This document shows positions 54,438 through 63,309 of a stretch of DNA of 64,000 nt, piece by piece; the stretch's first letter is position 1, and each line of letters starts with the position of its first letter. The stretch covers positions 244 through 64,243 of the forward strand of contig JAJZWA010000011.1 of the NCBI GenBank assembly GCA_021846965.1, given 5' to 3'. Origin of the DNA: Pseudomonadota bacterium. GTDB taxonomy: Bacteria; Pseudomonadota; Gammaproteobacteria; Burkholderiales; Burkholderiaceae_C. The notes beneath the pieces were generated by a model. That model was not told the DNA's origin and did not search any database. It saw only the letters and a list, made by a program, of their open reading frames with translations. Both the position numbers and the translations under genes were made by a program.

Positions 54438-56834
54438 TCAGCGCAGATCGAAGCGCCTGAACACCAGGCGCTTGGCCTGGTCCAGCACCAGCGCGAAGGC
54501 GAGCACCAGCAGCAAGAGCAGGCCGATCAGCGCCAGGGGAAGCCCCGCCATCAGGATCGCACTGGCGGCCAGTCCGGACACCAGCAGGATGTCGGCGAGG
54601 CTGGCCGCGGCCAGCGCGCGCCCGGGGGCGAAGGCCCCGATGCGCCCGTCGTCGCGCAGCACGTGCACGTTGGCCTGGGTGGTGTACACCAGCAGCAGGA
54701 ACACCAGGGTCTGCATCTGCGCGGGGCTCAGGCCGAAGCGCGCGCGCGCCCAGGCATAGACCGACATCGAGAACAGCAGCGAGACCGCCGCCAGCAGCGC
54801 CGCCGCCCCCACGAGCTGCGCCACGCGCCAGCGCTGCGGGGCTGGCGCCGGGCGCACGCGGTCGACGGCGATGCTCATGGTCACGAAGTCATTGGCGAAC
54901 AGCAGCAGCACGATGAGCCGGGCGGAGATCACGAAGCCGCCGGTGAGCCACAGCCCGACGGTGAGGAACACGACGATCTCCAGGGTCTTCACGACCTTGT
55001 TGAGCACATAGGTCAGCATGCGCCGATGCACCTCGCGGCCGGCGGCCACCACGGTGAGCACCCCCGCCAGGCCGGCGTCGGTGAGCACCACGCCGGCGGC
55101 GGCCTTGGCCACGTCGGTGGCGCTGGCCACGGCGATGCCCAGCTCGGCCTGGCGCAGCGCGGGCGCATCGTTGACCCCGTCTCCGGTCATGCCGGTGACA
55201 TGCCCGAGGCGCTGCAGCGCACGCACGATGGCATGCTTGTCCTGGGGCAGCACGCGGGCGAAGATGTCGCAGTCCTCGGGATGCTCCAGATGCCCGGCAT
55301 CGGCCGTGCACACCCTTGTGCCCAGGCCGATGCGCTCGCCCACGGCGCGCGCGGTCTGCAGCGCGTCGCCGGTGGCCATGCTCACGCGCACGCCGAGCTC
55401 GCGCAGCCTGGCGATGAGTTGGGCGGCGTCCGGACGCGGCGGGTCCGACAACCCGATCAGCCCGAGCAGGCTCGGGCTGCCCTGCGGCCCCGCGGCGACG
55501 GCGAGCACGCGTGCTCCCGACGCGGCGAGCTGCTGTTCGGCCTGCTCGGCCAGCGCGCGCTGCGCGGGCTGCGCGCCGCAGCGTTCGAGCACGGCTCCCA
55601 GGGCTCCCTTCAAGGCCTGCCAGGGCTTGCCATCGAGGTCGTACACGCCTTCGCTCAGGCGCGTGGCCGGGTCGAAGGGGTGGAAGGCCGTACGCGGCGG
55701 CTGCGGCTGGGAGGGGCTCGACAGCGTCTGCTGGCGCCGGGCCCAGGCCGCCAGCACGGCCAGGTCCAGCGGGTCCTGGGTGGCCGCGTCGCTGGCCAGC
55801 GCTGCCACCCGCAGCAACTCGGACTCCGACACGCCCTCCAGGGTCTTGCAGGCATCCAGGCTGAGGGCGTTCTGGGTGAGCGTGCCGGTCTTGTCCGACA
55901 GCAGCGTGTCCATCGCGGCGGCTTCCTCCACCGCCGGGAGGCGTGTGACCAGGACGCCCTGGCGCGCCAGGCGCGACGCGGCCACCGCGGTGGCCAGGGT
56001 GTAGGTGGCCGGAAGCGCCACCGGCACGGAGGCCACCAGCAGCATGAGCGCGAAGACCAGGGTGTCGCCCAGAGGCAGCGCGTGGCGCAGGGCGTAGACG
56101 ATCACCAGCAGCACCAGCAGCAGGTCGAAGGCCACGAGGCGCTTGACGATGGAAAAGATGGTGCGTTGCATGTGGCTGGGCGCCGCGGAGCTGCGCACCA
56201 GTTCGGCCGTGCGCCCGAAGTAGGTCCGCGCCCCGGTCGCCGTCACCTCGCCGCTGGCCTCGCCCTGGCGCACGATCGAGCCGGTGTAGGCGTTCTGCCC
56301 GGACGCCGCGTCGACGGCCAGGGACTCCCCGGTGAGCGCCGACTGATCCAGCGCGACGCTGCCGTCGAACAGGCTCAGGTCGGCGGGCACGATGTCCCCG
56401 GCGCGCAGGTGCACGATGTCGCCGGGCACCAGCTGGGCAGCCGGCACGCGGCTCCAGGCCGCGTCGCGCAGCACCCGTGCGTTGACCTGCAGTTGCCGGC
56501 GCAACAGCGCCAGCGCGTCGCTGGCGCGCCGCTCCTGCACGTAGGCGACCACGGCGTTGAAGCCGAGCAGGAAGGCGATGACCAGGGCCTCCTGGTCGCG
56601 ATGCAGCAAGAGCTGCAGGACGATCACCGTCTCCAGCATCCAGGGCACCGGCCCCCACAACTTGCCCAGCAACTGCCGCCACCACGCGGTGGCGGAGGGC
56701 TCGATCGCGTTCGGCCCGAAGCGCAGCGCGCGGCGCTGCACTTCGGCGGAGGCCAGCCCGCGGCTGCGATCGGTCGGGGCCGGGGCGGACGCGGGAGTCT
56801 CGGGCGCCCCGGGAAGCTGTGCGGTGGAGGACAT
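54438..56834 (-). CDS. P-type ATPase, plasma-membrane H+-ATPase (P3A)-like
   Basis: WGPVPWMLE, GDIVPAD, DQSALTGES, ASVPVALP, SDKTGTLT (phospho-Asp), TGD, MTGDGVNDAPAL and M6 ANDFVTM. Confidence 0.88.
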   Translation of the reverse strand: MSSTAQLPGAPETPASAPAPTDRSRGLASAEVQRRALRFGPNAIEPSATAWWRQLLGKLWGPVPWMLETVIVLQLLLHRDQEALVIAFLLGFNAVVAYVQERRASDALALLRRQLQVNARVLRDAAWSRVPAAQLVPGDIVHLRAGDIVPADLSLFDGSVALDQSALTGESLAVDAASGQNAYTGSIVRQGEASGEVTATGARTYFGRTAELVRSSAAPSHMQRTIFSIVKRLVAFDLLLVLLVIVYALRHALPLGDTLVFALMLLVASVPVALPATYTLATAVAASRLARQGVLVTRLPAVEEAAAMDTLLSDKTGTLTQNALSLDACKTLEGVSESELLRVAALASDAATQDPLDLAVLAAWARRQQTLSSPSQPQPPRTAFHPFDPATRLSEGVYDLDGKPWQALKGALGAVLERCGAQPAQRALAEQAEQQLAASGARVLAVAAGPQGSPSLLGLIGLSDPPRPDAAQLIARLRELGVRVSMATGDALQTARAVGERIGLGTRVCTADAGHLEHPEDCDIFARVLPQDKHAIVRALQRLGHVTGMTGDGVNDAPALRQAELGIAVASATDVAKAAAGVVLTDAGLAGVLTVVAAGREVHRRMLTYVLNKVVKTLEIVVFLTVGLWLTGGFVISARLIVLLLFANDFVTMSIAVDRVRPAPAPQRWRVAQLVGAAALLAAVSLLFSMSVYAWARARFGLSPAQMQTLVFLLLVYTTQANVHVLRDDGRIGAFAPGRALAAASLADILLVSGLAASAILMAGLPLALIGLLLLLVLAFALVLDQAKRLVFRRFDLR

Positions 56835-56972
56835 CGAAGCGTCGGGGCTTCACCCGCGGGAAAGGAAAGCTTTCATCTTAGGATGTCCCGGGGACGCCTC
56901 GATGGGACTTCAGGGCCGCGGCGGGAGCGGCCCCTGCGGGTCCAATATTTGTTGATGATGAATTGATTTACC

Positions 56973-57812
56973 ATGAACACACCCCTCTCCCCTTCCCCTT
57001 CCGGAGACCCGCAGATGCAGCAGGGTGACAAGGCACAACGCGCGATCCAGTCCATCGAAGTGGGGGGTCGCCTTCTGCTGGTGCTGGCCGACAGCGCCGA
57101 GCCCCTGGCGCTGAAGGACCTGGCCGCGCGCGCGGGGCTGAGCGCCTCGCGCGCCCATCCCTACCTGGTCAGCTACGCGCGCCTGGGCCTGGTCGAGCAG
57201 GAGCAGCTGGGCGCTCGCTATCGCCTGGGGCCGGCGGCGCTGCGCATCGGGCTGACCTGCCTGCACCAGCTCGATCCGATGCGCGAGGCCGAGCCGGTGA
57301 TCCAGGAGCTCGCCGCGCAGACGGGGCATGCCGTGATGCTCGCGGTATGGGGCAATTTCGGGCCCACGGTGGTGCGCCTGATCGAGGCCCGCCAGGCCCT
57401 GCACATCGCCTTGCGCGTGGGCAGCGTGATGGCCTTGCTGGAAACCGCCACCGGCCGCGCCTTCGCGGCCACGCTGCCGGCCGAGCGCCTGGTCGAGCCC
57501 ACGGGCCCCTTCGGCGAGCTGAGCTCCAGCGCGCGTCCGGCGGGGCGCGCCCCTTCGGCGCGGGAGTTGCAGGCCGTGCGCGCCGAAATGGCAGGCCATG
57601 GGGTCACGCGCGCGGCGGGCAGCCCCCTTCCCGGAGTCAACGCCTTCAGCGCCGCGGTGTTCGACCATGAGGGCACGGCCGTGCTGGTGCTCACCGCGCT
57701 CGACCACGCGGATCGCCTCTCGCCGGATTGGGACGGACCCACGGCGCGCGCGGTGCGAGACGCCGCGGCGCGCATCTCCCAGCGTCTGGGACTTCGCGCG
57801 CCGGCGCGCTGA
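56973..57812 (+). CDS. IclR family transcriptional regulator
   Basis: RAIQSIEVGGRLL, LKDLAARAGLSASRAHPYL HTH, YRLGP, ETATGRAF and GVNAFSAAVFD. Confidence 0.93.
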   Translation: MNTPLSPSPSGDPQMQQGDKAQRAIQSIEVGGRLLLVLADSAEPLALKDLAARAGLSASRAHPYLVSYARLGLVEQEQLGARYRLGPAALRIGLTCLHQLDPMREAEPVIQELAAQTGHAVMLAVWGNFGPTVVRLIEARQALHIALRVGSVMALLETATGRAFAATLPAERLVEPTGPFGELSSSARPAGRAPSARELQAVRAEMAGHGVTRAAGSPLPGVNAFSAAVFDHEGTAVLVLTALDHADRLSPDWDGPTARAVRDAAARISQRLGLRAPAR

Positions 57813-57859
57813 GAAGGCCGGCGCAAGCTGGGCGTGGCGCCGGCCCGCGGGCGCCGTGC

Positions 57860-59179
57860 TCAGCGCGCTGCGGCGGGCAGCACACGCGCCGTGCACGCGC
57901 CGAACCCGATGCGCGCGGCGCCCGCCCTCTCGCACAGGCCGCGCAGCGTGATCTCGTCGCCGTCCTGCAGAAAACTGCGGCGCTCGCCTCCCGGCAGTTC
58001 GATCGGCTGCTTGCCGCCTTGCGAGAGTTCGAGCAGCGAGCCTGCCTGCTCGGGCCGCGGGCCCGACAGCGTGCCCGAGCCGAACAGGTCGCCCGGCCGG
58101 AGGGCGCAGCCACCCACCGTATGGTGGGCCACCATCTGCGCCACCGTCCAGTAGGCCGCGTCGGCGAAGTTGGAGCGACTGATGCAATGCGCGCCCAGGC
58201 CCTGCGCGCGCATGCGCTCGGTGCTCAACCAGACCTCCAGCTGCACGTCGAAGCCACCTCCTGCCTCGTCCGCCGCGCAGTGCAGGTACGGCAGGGGCCG
58301 CGGATCCCCGGCAGGACGCGACAAGGCGCGGCGGAACGGCGCCAGCGCCTCCAGCGTGACCACCCAGGGCGAGAGGGTGCTGGCGAAGTTCTTCGACAGG
58401 AACGGCCCCAGGGGCTGGTATTCCCAGGCCTGCACGTCGCGCGCGCTCCAGTCGTTGAACAGGGTCAGGCCGAAGACCTGTTCCTCGGCCCGCTCGATGG
58501 GCACGGCTTCGCCGAGGGGGTTGGCCCCGCCGATGACGATGCCCATTTCCAGCTCGAAGTCCAGGCGCGCCGTCGGGCGCAGCTCCGGGGCCTCGGCCTC
58601 GGGCGACCTGGACTGGCCCCAGGGGCGCGCGAAGGCCTGCCCGCTGGGCAGGATGGTCGACGATCGCCCGTGGTAGGCGATGGGCACCCATTTGTAGTTG
58701 GGCAGCAGCGGGTTGTCGGGACGGAACAGCTTGCCCACCGCCGTGGCATGGTGGATGCCCACGTAGAAGTCCGTGTAGTCGCCGATGGCGCAGGGCAGGC
58801 CCAGTTCCACCCGCGACTGCGGCACCAGGCAGGCAGCGAGGCGCGCCTGCGCCTCGCTGCCTGCCGCCAGGGCGACGGACAGGGCCGCGCGCAGAGCCTT
58901 GCGCGCGGCCGGCCCCAGGGCCATGAAGGCGTTGAGATCGCCCGCCGCCAGGGGCACCAGCCCGGGCGCGAGCGCGTCCGGCAGGGCCCGCGCCTCGAGG
59001 GCCAGTCGCAGGTCCAGCACCTGGTCGCCGATGGCCACGCCGATGCGCCAGGGCTGCCCTTGCAGGCGCAAGCGCCCGAAGGGCAGGTTCTGGATCGGGA
59101 ACTCGCAGCCCGGCTCGTTGGCCGAAGCCACCCAGCTGCGCAGCGCCGGGTCGTGGGTGGCGTCGATTCCCGCGCTCAT
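57860..59179 (-). CDS. fahA: Fumarylacetoacetase
   Basis: FPIQNLPFG, IGDYTDFYVGIHHA, PIAYHGRSS, LDFELE, NDWSARDVQAWEYQPLGPFLSKNF and GSGTLSG. ATGA overlap with hmgA. Confidence 0.95.
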   Translation of the reverse strand: MSAGIDATHDPALRSWVASANEPGCEFPIQNLPFGRLRLQGQPWRIGVAIGDQVLDLRLALEARALPDALAPGLVPLAAGDLNAFMALGPAARKALRAALSVALAAGSEAQARLAACLVPQSRVELGLPCAIGDYTDFYVGIHHATAVGKLFRPDNPLLPNYKWVPIAYHGRSSTILPSGQAFARPWGQSRSPEAEAPELRPTARLDFELEMGIVIGGANPLGEAVPIERAEEQVFGLTLFNDWSARDVQAWEYQPLGPFLSKNFASTLSPWVVTLEALAPFRRALSRPAGDPRPLPYLHCAADEAGGGFDVQLEVWLSTERMRAQGLGAHCISRSNFADAAYWTVAQMVAHHTVGGCALRPGDLFGSGTLSGPRPEQAGSLLELSQGGKQPIELPGGERRSFLQDGDEITLRGLCERAGAARIGFGACTARVLPAAAR

Positions 59180-60462
59180 CGGAAGCCGTCCTTCAGCGGG
59201 GCCCAGCACTCGGCGTAGGCCGTGTCCAGCGCGCCGCACTGCATCGCGTAGGCGGTGGGCTTGAAGCGCCAGCGGCTCTCGAACATGAAGGCCAGCGTGC
59301 CCTCCAGCTTGTGCGGGCCCAGCGCCGTCTGGCTGGCCTTGTCGAAGGCCTCGGCATCGGGGCCATGGGGCACCATGCAGTCGTGCAGGCTCATGCCGCC
59401 AGGCTTGAAGCCCTCGGGCTTGGCGTCGTACTGGCCATACACCAGGCCCATGAACTCGCTCATCAGGTTGCGGTGGTACCAGGGCGGCCGGAAGGTATCT
59501 TCGGCGACCATCCAGCGCGGCGGGAAGATCACGAAATCACAGTTGGCGGTGCCCGGGGTGTCGCTGGGGCTGGTCAGCACCGTGAAAATGCTGGGATCGG
59601 GGTGATCGAAGCTGACCGTGCCGATGACCATGAAGTTGGCCGTGTCGTACTTCAGCGGCACCAGGTTGCCATGCCAGGCCACGACGTCGAAGGGCGTGCG
59701 CGCCTGGCGGGTATGCCACAAGCGCCCGCCGAACTTGCGAATCATCTCGTAGGGCTGGTCCTGCGGCTGCTCGAAGGCCGCCACGGGCGCCAGGAAGTCG
59801 CGCGCGGCGGCCAGGCCGTTGCTGCCGATGGGGCCGAGCTCGGGCAGGCGGAAGGGCGCGCCGTAGTTCTCGCACACATACGCCCGCGACGGGCCCTGCA
59901 CCTTGACGCTGAAGGCGATGCCGCGGGGCAGCAGCGCGATTTCCCCCGGGCGCACGTCGAGGATGCCGAATTCGGTGACGATGCTCAGTTCGCCCTGCTG
60001 GGGCACCAGCAGCATTTCCGCATCGGCATTGACCAGCGCTCGCGCCTGCATCGACCGGTTCATCAGCACCAGGTGGGCGGCCACGCCGATCTGCGCCTCC
60101 GGATCGCCGTTGACCACGATGGTGCGCAGGCCGTCGACGAAATCCAGCGCCTGGTCGGGAATGGCGATGGGATGCCAGCGCAGCGGGTCCGGCGCCACGT
60201 CCTGGCCCTGCGCCGCCCCGCTTTTCCAGTAAGGCTGCTCGTAGGGCGCATAGGCTCCGGTCACCACCGAGGGTTGGCGACGATACACCCAGCTTCGCTG
60301 GTTCTGGTGCCGCGGCGCCGTGAAGGCACTGCCCGAGATGAGCTCGGCGTACAGGCCTCGCGGGGCGCGCTGCGGGCTGTTGCGCCCCTGGGGCAGCGTG
60401 CCGGCTTCGGCCTCGCTGCTGAACTGGTTGCCGAATCCGGCGAGATAGCTGCGTGTGTTCAT
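59176..60462 (-). CDS. hmgA: Homogentisate 1,2-dioxygenase
   Basis: YLAGFGNQFSSEA, GLYAELISGSAFTAPR, FDHPDPSIFTVLT, RPPWYHRNLMSEFMG and HGPD. Confidence 0.96.
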   Translation of the reverse strand: MNTRSYLAGFGNQFSSEAEAGTLPQGRNSPQRAPRGLYAELISGSAFTAPRHQNQRSWVYRRQPSVVTGAYAPYEQPYWKSGAAQGQDVAPDPLRWHPIAIPDQALDFVDGLRTIVVNGDPEAQIGVAAHLVLMNRSMQARALVNADAEMLLVPQQGELSIVTEFGILDVRPGEIALLPRGIAFSVKVQGPSRAYVCENYGAPFRLPELGPIGSNGLAAARDFLAPVAAFEQPQDQPYEMIRKFGGRLWHTRQARTPFDVVAWHGNLVPLKYDTANFMVIGTVSFDHPDPSIFTVLTSPSDTPGTANCDFVIFPPRWMVAEDTFRPPWYHRNLMSEFMGLVYGQYDAKPEGFKPGGMSLHDCMVPHGPDAEAFDKASQTALGPHKLEGTLAFMFESRWRFKPTAYAMQCGALDTAYAECWAPLKDGFR

Positions 60463-60482
60463 GGCCGTGGCGGTTCAGGAGT

Positions 60483-61436
60483 TCAACCTTCGAGGCTTTC
60501 CCACATCTGGCGGTCGCGCTCGGCGGTCCACACCCGCGGGTCGCGGTACCGGGTCGCCTCGTCGTAGCAGCGGGTGACGTCGAAAGGCATGCAGTGATCG
60601 AAGATCACCCAGTGCCCGTACTTGGGCTTGAGCGCGGCGTAGGTCTCCTTGTAGACGACGCCCAGCTCCTTGCCCGCGTCGGCGCCGGCCTTCACCTGGG
60701 TCCACACATCGCGGATGAAGTCCCGCGTGACCTGCAGGCCTTTTTGCACCTGGGCCTCGCCCTTGAGCGCGGGCCCGCGCCCGGGCACCAGTGCCAGGGG
60801 CTTGAGCGCGGCCAGGTTGTCCAGGGTCTGGGGCCAGTCCTGGAAGTAGGCGTCGCCCGCATAGGGGGTGGCGTCGAACTCGACCAGGTCCCCGGACAGC
60901 AGGGTGCGTTCGCCGGGCAGCCACACCACGGTGTCGCCCTTGGTATGCCCGCGCCCGAGCTGCAGCAACTGCACCTCGAGCTTGCCCAGCCACAGGCTCA
61001 TGCGCCCCTGGAAGGTCATGGTCGGCCAGGTCAGGCCGGCCGGCACGGTCTCGACATTGCGGAACAGGCGCGGGAAGCGGCCGATCTCGCTGGCCTTGTC
61101 GGCCTCTCCGCGCTCGACGATCAGGTCGTAGGTGTCCTGGCTGGCCAGGATCTGCTGCGGGGCATAGGCGCTGGCGCCGAGCACCCGCACCGCGTGGTAG
61201 TGGGTCAGCACCACGTAGCGGATGGGCTTGTCGGTGACCTCGCGAATGCGCCGGATCACGTCGGCGGCCATGGCCGGCGTGGCCTGGGTGTCGGCCACGA
61301 GCACCGCATCGTCACCGATGATGATTCCGGTATTGGGATCACCTTCGGCGGTATAGGCCCAGGCATGCTCGGAGAGCTGCTCGAAGGTCACGCGCTTTTC
61401 CACCAGATCGGCGGCGGAGGCAAAGGTCTTGGCCAT
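60483..61436 (-). CDS. Metallo-beta-lactamase-fold protein with a degenerate metal motif
   Basis: EGDPNTGII, DTQATP, THYHAVR (where HxHxDH is expected), GHTKGD, SGDLV and LVPGRG. Confidence 0.88.
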   Translation of the reverse strand: MAKTFASAADLVEKRVTFEQLSEHAWAYTAEGDPNTGIIIGDDAVLVADTQATPAMAADVIRRIREVTDKPIRYVVLTHYHAVRVLGASAYAPQQILASQDTYDLIVERGEADKASEIGRFPRLFRNVETVPAGLTWPTMTFQGRMSLWLGKLEVQLLQLGRGHTKGDTVVWLPGERTLLSGDLVEFDATPYAGDAYFQDWPQTLDNLAALKPLALVPGRGPALKGEAQVQKGLQVTRDFIRDVWTQVKAGADAGKELGVVYKETYAALKPKYGHWVIFDHCMPFDVTRCYDEATRYRDPRVWTAERDRQMWESLEG

Positions 61437-61461
61437 GGGGAGGAATCCGGGTCAGGAGTAT

Positions 61462-61499
61462 TGTTTGACATTTGCGAACGAATTCGCCTTTGGCAAACA
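61462..61499. promoter_or_regulatory. 38-bp imperfect palindrome upstream of MBL-hmgA-fahA; candidate operator
   Basis: TGTTTG...GCGAA-CGAA-TTCGC...CAAACA with a common centre at 61480/61481; 13 of 17 arm positions match. Confidence 0.55.
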
Positions 61500-61566
61500 T
61501 AAGCCCATCCCTTCCTGCTGTCAAACCCAGGCCTTTGCCGGATGCCTGGCTCGCCCCGGGGCCCGC

Positions 61567-62511
61567 TCAAGGGGCCCGCAGATCCGGCCCCTTGGGCTCG
61601 CTGTAGCCGAAGTCGTGGAACATCTTCCGGCCCTGCGGGCTACGCATGAATTCCACGAACTCCCGGGCTGCCTTCGGGTGAGGCGCGTTGTCGAGCACCG
61701 CGGCGTAGAACACCAGGGGCTGGGTCGACAGGGTCTGCGTCTTGCCGTCGGGCGCGACGATGCGGAAGTGGACTCGCCCGTACCAATCCCTGCTCAGCGC
61801 CGGGTCGCTGAGGTTCACCTGGGCCGGCAGCTTGATGTAGGGCAGCTTGTGCGAGATCACCGCGCTGAGATAGCCCGAGGAGGCGTCGATCTGGCCGCTT
61901 TCCAGGCGACTGAGCAGCGAAGGCTCGGCAAAGATCTGCGAGCTGTTGTGCTGGTAGTCCCCGAGGATCTTCGCGGCCATCCCGGGCTGCTTGTAGTAAT
62001 CCTGGGCAAGCAGCATGGTGAACACGATGTTGCGGCCCTGCGGGTCGGTGGTGGGGTCGGTACGCCCGAATCGCAGGCCCGGCTGCTCCAGCACCTCGTA
62101 CCACGCCCGCCGGCCCTCGGCCGCCTCGCGGAAGGCCTGCGCGTGCGGGCCCCGGGGACTGTAGGCGATGACCATCTGCGTGCTGGCCACCGGCACGGCC
62201 GTGCCGACCAGCCCGGCCTTTTGCAGCACCTCGACCGGCCCCGGGGTGATGGACACGAACACATCGGCCTGGATCTGCCGGTCGGCCAGCAGGTGGGCCA
62301 GGCCGTAGGCGCCGCCACCCCGTCCCTCGAAACGCACATGCGCACTGTGCTCGATCGCGGGCCCCAGGGCCTTGTCCATCAGCGCGCCCATGGAGCCCGC
62401 GTAAGCCACCGCCAGCACGGGCTGCGCGGCTTGCGCGCCGCAGCTTGCGCACACCGCGGCGACCAGCGCCGAAAGGCGGGCGGCCATCAGGACGAGGGTC
62501 TTGCGTTGCAT
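61567..62511 (-). CDS. Periplasmic oxyanion-binding protein (WtpA/ModA-like), orphan
   Basis: Signal peptide, AYAGSM, GRTDPTTDPQG, FAEPSLLSRLESGQID, KLPAQVNLSDP and AAREFVEFMRSPQG. Confidence 0.82.
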   Translation of the reverse strand: MQRKTLVLMAARLSALVAAVCASCGAQAAQPVLAVAYAGSMGALMDKALGPAIEHSAHVRFEGRGGGAYGLAHLLADRQIQADVFVSITPGPVEVLQKAGLVGTAVPVASTQMVIAYSPRGPHAQAFREAAEGRRAWYEVLEQPGLRFGRTDPTTDPQGRNIVFTMLLAQDYYKQPGMAAKILGDYQHNSSQIFAEPSLLSRLESGQIDASSGYLSAVISHKLPYIKLPAQVNLSDPALSRDWYGRVHFRIVAPDGKTQTLSTQPLVFYAAVLDNAPHPKAAREFVEFMRSPQGRKMFHDFGYSEPKGPDLRAP

Positions 62512-62700
62512 GGAAAGCTCCTGTTGTCGGCTGAGATCCGGACCATGTCCGGCGCACGGTTATGCACGGCGGAATATATCGCATGGGCATGCTGCCGCGT
62601 TCCGGCGAACACTTGGATACGTCCCGGGCGTTGCCCGGCGGTTTCCGGCAAGGGATACTGCGGGGAGCCTTCGCGGCGCCACCCTTCGAGGAGACCTGTC

Positions 62701-63270
62701 ATGCCCCGCCCGCTTCCCGCAAGTACGCCCCCCGCCAGCCCCTGCCAGGCAGTTGCGCGGGCAGGGCGTGCGCGCTCGCTGCACCCGCTGCTGGCCGTCG
62801 CTGGGGTCGCACTGGCCGCCGCCTGCAGCCTTCCCGCCAGGGCCGACACGGCGCCCGCCGGCAAGTTCAGTGCCACGGCCAAGGTCTCGTCCCTGGAACA
62901 GGCGGCAGCGCAGGGCGCCCAGGTCTTTGCCAACGACACCTTCGGCACGCACCAGACCTGGGTGCCTCCGAACGCCTTCAGCAACCACTTGATGACCTGC
63001 GCGGCCTGCCACACCGACGGCGGCAGGCCCGAGGGCACCACCCCGGCCGGGCAGCACATTCCCAGCCTGATCGGCGCTGCCGCGAAATACCCCAAGTTCA
63101 AGGGCAAGAAGCACGAGGTCTACACCCTGGAGCGCCAGATCGTGCACTGCGTGCGCGCCGGCATCCTGGGCAAGCCTCCCGCCTACGACAGCCCCGAGAT
63201 GGTCGACCTCGTGGCCTACCTCACGCAGTTGTCCAAGGGCGCCACCATGGGCGCGCAGTTTTCCAGGTGA
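62701..63270 (+). CDS. Monoheme c-type cytochrome resembling the His/Cys heme domain of SoxA/TsdA
   Basis: GAGGAG RBS; signal peptide; a single CAACH; YPKF...TLERQIVHCVRAG...YDSPEMVDLVAYLT parallels the TsdA/SoxA active-site segment. Confidence 0.8.
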   Translation: MPRPLPASTPPASPCQAVARAGRARSLHPLLAVAGVALAAACSLPARADTAPAGKFSATAKVSSLEQAAAQGAQVFANDTFGTHQTWVPPNAFSNHLMTCAACHTDGGRPEGTTPAGQHIPSLIGAAAKYPKFKGKKHEVYTLERQIVHCVRAGILGKPPAYDSPEMVDLVAYLTQLSKGATMGAQFSR

Positions 63271-63309
63271 GCCAGGCCCGCCCCGTGGCGGGGCGGCGCA
63301 CGGACCGAC

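Noticed and set aside
62557-62581. ModE box upstream of the WtpA-like gene (CGGTTATGC-N7-AATATATCG)
   Set aside because: Only the right half resembles the consensus and the spacing is off by one; too weak to call.
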